Part shown: one piece after another, positions 9,440 to 14,895 of the stretch
Layout: each line of letters opens with the position of its first letter
How positions within the stretch are numbered: position 1 is the stretch's first letter
Assembly: GCA_045657815.1 (NCBI GenBank)
Contig: JAZOTV010000082.1
Location: 1 to 42,376, forward strand
Direction of reading: 5' to 3'
Length of the DNA: 42,376 bases
From: Akkermansia sp.
GTDB lineage: Bacteria > Verrucomicrobiota > Verrucomicrobiia > Verrucomicrobiales > Akkermansiaceae
Notes under the pieces: model-generated
What the model was told of the DNA's origin: nothing
The model's database searches: none
What the model saw: only the letters and a program-made list of their open reading frames with translations
Translations under genes and position numbers: made by a program

Positions 9440-11605
9440 ATGGGAAATGCTATGCGCTTTTATTGGCAACGGCTTGCCCCCTTTATCGGGGTCTATGTCT
9501 TATTTGAACTGATTGAGCTGATTCTGCTGCTCTGCATGGGGGTAACGCACCCCTCACAGGAAGACCAGCTTGAATCCATTCTCTCCTTCATCAACGAGAA
9601 CAGCGCCTGTTTTCTCTTCTCCATCATCCCCTATCTGCTATACCTGAACGTGCTTCCGGCAGACTTCCACGGCAGCAGGTGGGACAAGCGCATCACCCTT
9701 GGCTTCTTCTCTGTATTCTGCCTCATTCACTGGCTGGAAGAACTTGTGGAAATCGTATCCGGCGATTCCTTCCAGCTGCTCACGCGAGAGTTCATCATGA
9801 ATCCGGCAGCAGCCTGGGGAGAAATGCTTGAACTTCCCTATTGCGAGTGGATGGCCGCCATCCTGTTCATTGAACTGGTCATCACCATCTATTTCCTGCA
9901 CAACAGACTGATGCCGACAGTGCCTGCGCCACACTATGCAATCCGGCTCATTCTGCCTGCAATAACCGTAAGTTCTGCGTTCCTGCTCATGTACCAGGCA
10001 AAAGCCCTGGATGAAGTGGCAGAAGTCCCCGTGCTGTATGATGACGGTCTGTTCCACATATTCAAGTGGATATATGACCTGACGGCAGTGCCCGACATGG
10101 TGCAGATATTTGCTGAACCCTGCATCTATATCGGCGGCAGCATCCTCATCATCACAGGTATTCTTGTACTACTGCGCCAGAATTTCCCCCAGACCGGGAA
10201 ATGGGTAAAACTTCCTGCATGCAAGGAGAACCTGGTACCCATGCTGCTTGTATTCCTGGCATGCGTACTGCTGGCCCGCCTGCTGAGCCTGGGCATCTAC
10301 CCGCTCATGGATACCACAGAGGCCCGCTATGGTGAAATGGCCCGCAAAATGGTAGAAACCAACTACTGGCTCCAGCCGCAATTTGAATACGGCGTTCCCT
10401 TCTGGGGTAAACCACCCCTGTCCTTCTGGGGAAGCGCCGCTACCATGTATCTCTTCGGCATCAACGAATTTGCAGCGCGCCTTGCTCCCTACCTTGCAAC
10501 GCTGGGCATCGGGTTCTGCTTCCTGCTCTGGCCCTTCCATAACAAGAGAGCCGAACAAAGCATCGCCTGCATGGTAGTCTTCCTTACCTCCGCCATGGGC
10601 TTTATCTCTGCCGGCGCTGTCATGACAGATGCTTTCCTGGCTTTCGGCACAACGCTGGCCATGGTAAGCTTCTACCGCGCCATGAGCGATGACACGCCAC
10701 GCCGTCTCTGGGGCTATCTGTTTTTCATCGGCCTTGCCATCGGCCTCCTCAGCAAAGGGCCGCTCGCGCTCGTAGTCTGCGGACTGCCCATCTTTGCCTA
10801 TGTTGTGTGGCAGCGAGCCTGGGGGCAACTCTGGAAGCGCATCCCATGGATTACCGGCAGCGCGCTCATGCTCGTTCTCACACTTCCCTGGTTCATTGCG
10901 GCCGAGAAAGCGACCCCGGGCTTCCTGCGCTACTTCATCATTGGCGAACACTTCGAACGCTTCCTCGTCAAAGGCTGGGCGGGAGATTTATACGGCAAGG
11001 GGCATTCCCGGGCATTGGGTACCATCTGGCTTTACGCGCTGGAAATGTTCCTGCCCTGGGCTCTGCTGGTACCCTTTATCCTGCGCAGGAAAATCAACAA
11101 CTTCTGCCGCAAGGAAACGCTCTTCCTCTGGTGCTGGGCACTGAGCACGCCCGTCTTCTTCACCATGGCCCGCAATATCCTGCCCGCCTACATCCTGCCC
11201 GCAGTGCCAGCCTTCTGCCTTCTTTTCGTACGCCGCCTCTGGGCGCTGCGAGCCAGGGAAGGAAGAGACTACCGCCTGTTCATCTTTGCCGCCGTACCCG
11301 TGCTGGCCATCATCGGCATCTTTGGTATCGGCAATGGTTTTAATCACATCCAATACCGTTGCCAGCAGAAACTTCTGCAGAGCTGGGACGGCAACGCCCC
11401 CCTGTACTACGTGGATAACAAGGTACCCTACTCTGCCCAGTTTTACTCTGCCGGCCGGGCCAGAATCCTCACTGTGGCGCCGGAGCAGCTCCGCCACGGG
11501 GATTACCTGGCAGTTCACCGCTCACGGTACAACATCATCACCCACCCGGATGCCTGGCAGCTTGTTGCCGAAGACGGCTCCTGGCGCCTGTACCGCAAAC
11601 GCTGA
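9440..11605 (+). CDS. ArnT/PMT-like GT-C glycosyltransferase with an extra N-terminal membrane domain
   Basis: From about aa 280: DTTEARYGEMARKM, PFWGKPPLSFW, GINEFAARL, TDAFL, GLLSKGP, LPWF, EHFERF, AYILPAVP. The first ~250 aa are multi-TM. Confidence 0.88.
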   Translation: MGNAMRFYWQRLAPFIGVYVLFELIELILLLCMGVTHPSQEDQLESILSFINENSACFLFSIIPYLLYLNVLPADFHGSRWDKRITLGFFSVFCLIHWLEELVEIVSGDSFQLLTREFIMNPAAAWGEMLELPYCEWMAAILFIELVITIYFLHNRLMPTVPAPHYAIRLILPAITVSSAFLLMYQAKALDEVAEVPVLYDDGLFHIFKWIYDLTAVPDMVQIFAEPCIYIGGSILIITGILVLLRQNFPQTGKWVKLPACKENLVPMLLVFLACVLLARLLSLGIYPLMDTTEARYGEMARKMVETNYWLQPQFEYGVPFWGKPPLSFWGSAATMYLFGINEFAARLAPYLATLGIGFCFLLWPFHNKRAEQSIACMVVFLTSAMGFISAGAVMTDAFLAFGTTLAMVSFYRAMSDDTPRRLWGYLFFIGLAIGLLSKGPLALVVCGLPIFAYVVWQRAWGQLWKRIPWITGSALMLVLTLPWFIAAEKATPGFLRYFIIGEHFERFLVKGWAGDLYGKGHSRALGTIWLYALEMFLPWALLVPFILRRKINNFCRKETLFLWCWALSTPVFFTMARNILPAYILPAVPAFCLLFVRRLWALRAREGRDYRLFIFAAVPVLAIIGIFGIGNGFNHIQYRCQQKLLQSWDGNAPLYYVDNKVPYSAQFYSAGRARILTVAPEQLRHGDYLAVHRSRYNIITHPDAWQLVAEDGSWRLYRKR

Positions 11606-11627
11606 TTTTCTGCACCATCTCATCAAC

Positions 11628-11666
11628 AAAAACTCCCGGTTGTCTGAAGAACCGGGAGTTTTTTTT
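11628..11666 (+). terminator. Intrinsic terminator (potentially bidirectional)
   Basis: AAAAACTCCCGGTT/AACCGGGAGTTTTT stem with a T8 tract. Confidence 0.85.
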
Positions 11667-11714
11667 GATAGTCCCGGCGGGATAATTCTCATTGGCCATA
11701 AACCGCTTGCGTTA

Positions 11715-11735
11715 TATTCGCGCAATTTTCGCGCA
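11715..11735. repeat. Tandem arm-type integrase-binding-site-like repeat (left end)
   Basis: TATTCGCGCA-a-TTTTCGCGCA, 11-bp period, matches the pair at 12968-12988. Confidence 0.65.
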
Positions 11736-11818
11736 GATTTCATGACACTTTTTCCAACACCTTCTCACAGAGTGAGTTTCCTGCGCCATCGGAGGTCTCT
11801 TTTTGACAATCTCGTATC

Positions 11819-11847
11819 TTGACCACAGCGAACCTACCTGTTACAAT
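11819..11847 (+). promoter_or_regulatory. sigma70 promoter for the small-peptide transcript
   Basis: TTGACC-N17-TACAAT with extended -10 TG; near consensus. Confidence 0.72.
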
Positions 11848-11853
11848 CAGCGA

Positions 11854-11929
11854 GCTTCCGGTGTGGTGCAAGCCACAGAAAATCCCCCGGTAAGCGGGCA
11901 ACAGCCCGGCAGCAGCTTGACACCCTGCC
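11854..11929 (+). promoter_or_regulatory. Structured 5' leader (three adjacent hairpins)
   Basis: GCTTCCGG-TGTGG[TGCAAG]CCACA..CCGG-T-AAGC; GGGC[AACA]GCCC; GGCAG[CAGCTTGACACC]CTGCC, starting at the predicted TSS. Confidence 0.55.
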
Positions 11930-11959
11930 GCCTTATTAACCCACATTATACACAAACGC

Positions 11960-12049
11960 ATGGATACGTTCATCTGTATAATGAAAGCGACCTACTATCT
12001 TCTTGGTAGCGTGGCTTTCCTCAAAAAGCTCCTGACCAGAAATCAATAG
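11960..12049 (+). CDS. 29-aa hydrophobic peptide, candidate type I toxin-like membrane peptide
   Basis: MDTFICIMKATYYLLGSVAFLKKLLTRNQ; A/C-rich pre-ATG context like other genes here; three consecutive in-frame stops TAG-TAA-TAG; flanked by a promoter and a 3' hairpin. Confidence 0.55.
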   Translation: MDTFICIMKATYYLLGSVAFLKKLLTRNQ

Positions 12050-12059
12050 TAATAGCCCT

Positions 12060-12097
12060 GAGCCCGCCGTGCCAGCCCCGCGGCGGGCTCTTGTAAT
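12060..12097 (+). terminator. 3' hairpin/terminator after the small ORF
   Basis: 12-bp stem GAGCCCGCCGTG/CGCGGCGGGCTC (one G-U), weak tail TTGTAAT. Confidence 0.55.
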
Positions 12098-12107
12098 AAA
12101 AAAAGGC

Positions 12108-12137
12108 TTGACATACACCTTCTCTTTTGTTTATATA
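12108..12137 (+). promoter_or_regulatory. Promoter-like boxes of RNA copy 1
   Basis: TTGACA-N18-TATATA preceded by an A-tract; boxes and spacing conserved in copy 2. Confidence 0.55.
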
Positions 12138-12142
12138 CGCCT

Positions 12143-12270
12143 AGAACGTATCCACCGCAGGCAGAGCAGCCGTCAACTGCGAACCTGCAACGCTCCAAAT
12201 CCTCCAAGCTCACCAGCCAAAGGATTTTCAGAACACCCACCAAACCTCCTTGGTGGGTGTTCAGCTTTTT
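12143..12270 (+). ncRNA. Putative ~125-nt structured small RNA, copy 1
   Basis: Two bulged stem-loops plus a 13-bp terminator-like hairpin GAACACCCACCAA[ACCTCC]TTGGTGGGTGTTC-AGCTTTTT; 5' end estimated. Confidence 0.6.
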
Positions 12271-12436
12271 ATCCGCTTGACTCCCGCAACGTTTTCTGTT
12301 TATATCTCCCTAGAGAACAGGTCCACCGCAGGCAGAGCAGCCGTCAACTGCGAACCTGCAAACCTCCAAATCCTCCAAGCTCACCAGCCAAAGGATTTTC
12401 AGAACACCCACCAAACCTCCTTGGTGGGTGTTCAGC
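12151..12436. repeat. Direct repeat, 2 x 115 bp (12151-12265 and 12322-12436), offset 171 bp
   Basis: 113/115 identical by manual alignment; the only differences are CG vs AC at 12191-12192 / 12362-12363. Confidence 0.97.
12277..12306 (+). promoter_or_regulatory. Promoter-like boxes of RNA copy 2
   Basis: TTGACT-N18-TATATC; GCTTGAC and TGTTTATAT are shared with copy 1 while the spacer differs. Confidence 0.55.
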
Positions 12437-12441
12437 CTTTT
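12312..12441 (+). ncRNA. Putative ~125-nt structured small RNA, copy 2
   Basis: Same stems and terminator-like hairpin as copy 1, ending AGCCTTTT; 5' end estimated. Confidence 0.6.
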
Positions 12442-12504
12442 ACCGGCTAATTGCAGCTAATCACCGGCTGAATTAGCCGATGTTGTCCGGAGGTTAGCTG
12501 GAAG

Positions 12505-12654
12505 TTACTCCCAGTAGTGCTTCATATTCCTCCACACTCTCGCGCCGAAGTCTATCGGGTTCATCAGCACTGCCACCGCCGTGCTCCAGTAGCCGAACAT
12601 ATTACCACCCATCCACCTCGTGCCGATAGCCAGCATGCGTGACACCATACCGGC
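12505..12654 (-). pseudogene. Orphan C-terminal fragment of an unknown gene
   Basis: Protein-like frame AGMVSRMLAIGTRWMGGNMFGYWSTAVAVLMNPIDFGARVWRNMKHYWE* begins where integrase similarity ends and is out of frame with it. Confidence 0.35.
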
Positions 12655-12946
12655 GGCCCAGCTTGCCCTTCAGCACCGTATCAAACAACTCGCAGACCGA
12701 CAAATTATCCTGCCGCTGAGCCTCCACCTGAGCGGCGGCCGCCAACTCCTGCGCCACCAGCAGCTCCCTGCGCTTAGCCTGCGGCTTAGAAAGGCGTTCC
12801 CCCTGGAACAGCCCACCCACCAACGGCACCTTAGTGGACTTCTTCACTCGAGAACCATCAGACAAAGACCACTGCGCCCACCAGAACGGACTCTTAACAT
12901 CCTGGTGCAAAGACACCCCGGAAACGAATACACCATCTCTTTTCAT
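12655..12946 (-). pseudogene. Truncated tyrosine integrase, N-terminal arm-binding region only
   Basis: SLHQDVKSPFWWAQWSLSDGSRVKKSTKVP...QAKRR...LSVCELFD resembles integrase N-termini (SPxW...DG.RV..STK). It starts 126 bp from the tRNA 3' end, and no catalytic R-K-H-x-x-R-H-Y domain follows. Confidence 0.68.
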
Positions 12947-12967
12947 ATCTATTGAGCTAAATAAAGA

Positions 12968-12988
12968 TTTTCGCTCAGTTTTCGCTCA
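12968..12988. repeat. Tandem arm-type integrase-binding-site-like repeat (right end)
   Basis: TTTTCGCTCA-g-TTTTCGCTCA between the integrase start and the tRNA. Confidence 0.68.
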
Positions 12989-13071
12989 AAGTGATGCGCT
13001 AAATTAGCTCAACAGGCTCACGCAAATCAAGTAAAATCAACAGTTGCGCTAAACAGCGCAAAATAAGCAAA

Positions 13072-13143
13072 CAGCCCCGACGGGAATCGAACCCATATCT
13101 GCCCTTTAGGAGAGGGCCGTTCTATCCATTGAACTACAGGGCC
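13072..13143 (-). tRNA. tRNA-Arg(CCT)
   Basis: GGCCCTG TAGTTCAATGGATAGAAC G GCCCT-CT-CCT-AA-AGGGC AGAT ATGGG-TTCGATT-CCCGT CGGGGCT G; full cloverleaf; CCA not encoded. Confidence 0.96.
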
Positions 13144-13218
13144 GGCGCTGTTAGTGTTGCGGAGTTATTTAACACAATGAGTGCTGCTATTGCAAGAGCA
13201 AACTAGTGCAGCATCGTG

Positions 13219-14046
13219 TCAGCAGGCGCCAAATGCCTCTCGCACACGCTGCAGCCGGGCGGCATCGAGATGCGGGCTCAGCTCAGGAAGCATGCGGGCA
13301 AAATATTCGGCGCGGGTCCAGCCATGCAGCGGCTGTGGAGTTGGTTTCTCATACGCCCAGGTGGGAATGGGGAGAGCTACATCCAGAATGACCGAGGAAA
13401 GCGGGGCGATTCTGCAAAGAGCCTCTGCTACCTCCTCTGCCAATGCCGGATATTGCACCAGAGCCTGCAGCAGGAAAGCACAGCTGAGACGATTCGGGGA
13501 GGTCTCCAATTCATCCAGGAATTCACCCATGCGGTCAGGTTCTACCTGAAACAGAGGTTGAAGCAGCGGCAGTACGCGCATATCTGCCAGACTGAGCACG
13601 GCATCCAGAATGGTGGTAGGAGTCAGCTCCTCCTGGGCCAGACGGCGCACCAGTTCCTGCACGCCGGCCAGGTGTTCTTCCGGGGCGGGCTGAGCCAGTG
13701 TCAGCACATAGGTAGCAGCCTTGCGGCTGAGCGCAGAATCCGGCTCATTGGTTGCATAGGGAATCAGGGCTTTCCAGCCTTCGCCTTTACGGCCGGTGAT
13801 GAAACGGGAAAGCTGGATGAGGCTGCTTCTGCGAGCTGCTACTGAAGTTTTGGCAGCAAAGATATCGTAGATATCAAAATTTTCCTCCAGTTTTTCCTCA
13901 TCGTTGCTGGCCATAAGGCCGCAGGCCATCATGGTGAGCGGCCACTGGTCAGCACCAATCTCATTTACGCGCACGGGGTCATGCGCCATGGCGGCCAGGC
14001 GCTCCAGCTCCGATAGGCCGGAGAAATTATCCTGATAAAGGCCCAT
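13219..14046 (-). CDS. Hypothetical alpha-helical (HEAT-like) protein
   Basis: 275-aa ORF 3 nt downstream of the previous gene; Leu/Ala-rich helices. Confidence 0.8.
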   Translation of the reverse strand: MGLYQDNFSGLSELERLAAMAHDPVRVNEIGADQWPLTMMACGLMASNDEEKLEENFDIYDIFAAKTSVAARRSSLIQLSRFITGRKGEGWKALIPYATNEPDSALSRKAATYVLTLAQPAPEEHLAGVQELVRRLAQEELTPTTILDAVLSLADMRVLPLLQPLFQVEPDRMGEFLDELETSPNRLSCAFLLQALVQYPALAEEVAEALCRIAPLSSVILDVALPIPTWAYEKPTPQPLHGWTRAEYFARMLPELSPHLDAARLQRVREAFGAC

Positions 14047-14049
14047 AGC

Positions 14050-14880
14050 TCAGATACCGGGATTGAATTCGGTATTACCCACCTCAGGCGTTTCCCCCAG
14101 GGGATTTCCGCTCACGGGATCTGCAAACGGATTATCCTGCTTCTGAGGCTGGGCGATGGGTTCCACCGGGGTGGGAGCATCCACATCCAGCATAGCAAGG
14201 CGCATTTCAACAGTCTTGCTGGTCACCAGAGCACTGGTGGGGCATTTGGCGATGCACTGCTCATACCAGGAGCGGGCGGCTTCCTTCTCACCCTTGTTTT
14301 TGGCCATATCGCCCAGCATGAGATAAGCCAGCGCAGAGTACGGGTTCGCTTCCATCTGGGCAAGATTTGTCCAGGCGGCAACAGAATCCTTACCCTGCTG
14401 CAACTGGTATGTAGCCAGAGCAGCCAGGGCACGGGCACGCAGCGGCAGGGGGGCGTCACCGTCTGCTACGCCTTGCAACACAGCAATACCGGCATCATCA
14501 CCTTTGGCAAGAAGAGAAAGGCCGCTGAGCAGAGCTGCGGTATCGGCAGAAGGAGTCTGGGCATAGTCCTGCTGCAGCGTCTGCAACACTGCGGCATCGT
14601 ACTCCTCTGCACCGGCCATTCCATGACCAGGGGCCGTTATCTGCATGGCCTGCACCACCTTGGCAGCAGCTTCGTGGCGCATATCGTTCCGATTTGAGAA
14701 GAAAGCAATGACGCCACCTGCCACCACACCGAGGGTGATACCACCCCACATGAGTTTTCTGTAGTGAGCATTGAGGAATTGTTCATGTCTGGACGGGCCA
14801 ATGGCGATTTCGCCGATAGCCTTGATTTCCTCAGGAGTAAGCGGCAGCGTATCCTCGTTGTTCTTATCTGTGGTATCCAT
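14050..14880 (-). CDS. Membrane-anchored TPR-like protein (YfgM-like architecture)
   Basis: EQFLNAHYRK plus a single TM helix, Y.QTPSA..A motif, TPR-like AYLMLGD...A...YEQ. Confidence 0.75.
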   Translation of the reverse strand: MDTTDKNNEDTLPLTPEEIKAIGEIAIGPSRHEQFLNAHYRKLMWGGITLGVVAGGVIAFFSNRNDMRHEAAAKVVQAMQITAPGHGMAGAEEYDAAVLQTLQQDYAQTPSADTAALLSGLSLLAKGDDAGIAVLQGVADGDAPLPLRARALAALATYQLQQGKDSVAAWTNLAQMEANPYSALAYLMLGDMAKNKGEKEAARSWYEQCIAKCPTSALVTSKTVEMRLAMLDVDAPTPVEPIAQPQKQDNPFADPVSGNPLGETPEVGNTEFNPGI

Positions 14881-14895
14881 ATGCGGGGAGCAGTA

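Larger units (their letters stand above)
11670..13085 (-). mobile_element. Remnant of an integrative element/prophage at the tRNA-Arg(CCT) 3' end
   Basis: Degenerate direct repeat of the tRNA 3' end (AGTCCCGGCGGGA 11670-11682 vs AGCCCCGACGGGA 13073-13085, 11/13), paired TTTTCGC(G/T)CA repeats inside both ends, and a truncated integrase-like ORF next to the tRNA. Confidence 0.72.

Noticed and set aside
11854-11929. Known riboswitch (SAM, c-di-GMP, ZTP, cobalamin)
   Set aside because: I could not match the consensus cores of these classes, and no metabolic gene follows. An Rfam cmscan is needed to exclude this formally.
11757-12124. 10-bp repeat ACACCTTCTC at 11757-11766 and 12115-12124
   Set aside because: Too short, absent from the copy-2 promoter, and compatible with chance.
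12157-12188. Kink-turn in stem-loop 1
   Set aside because: Tandem GA/GA is present, but the loop is CAGA/GAA rather than a 3-nt bulge opposite zero, so it is not a canonical k-turn.
12151-12436. CRISPR array or type III TA antitoxin repeat array
   Set aside because: Only two 115-bp units, each with its own promoter-like boxes and terminator-like hairpin. No 25-45-bp repeat/spacer periodicity, and no cas or ToxN/CptN/AbiQ-like gene in the window.
12143-12441. IS110 bridge RNA (two internal-loop hairpins next to a recombinase)
   Set aside because: Internal loops are only 3-4 nt per side, and the neighbouring remnant looks like a tyrosine integrase N-terminus, not a DEDD IS110 recombinase.
12069-12476. 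135-aa ORF with an internal repeat, plus the minus-strand ORFs 12043-12243 and 12250-12450
   Set aside because: The GTG start lies inside a hairpin and the ORF reads through promoter and terminator elements; frame preservation follows from the 171-bp offset. The minus-strand ORFs have AAGGAGG almost abutting the start and buried in a stem, and the two copies diverge in frame.
12620-12955. 111-aa + strand ORF in the island
   Set aside because: Antisense to the integrase remnant with no motif; the minus-strand frame has the better start and family resemblance.
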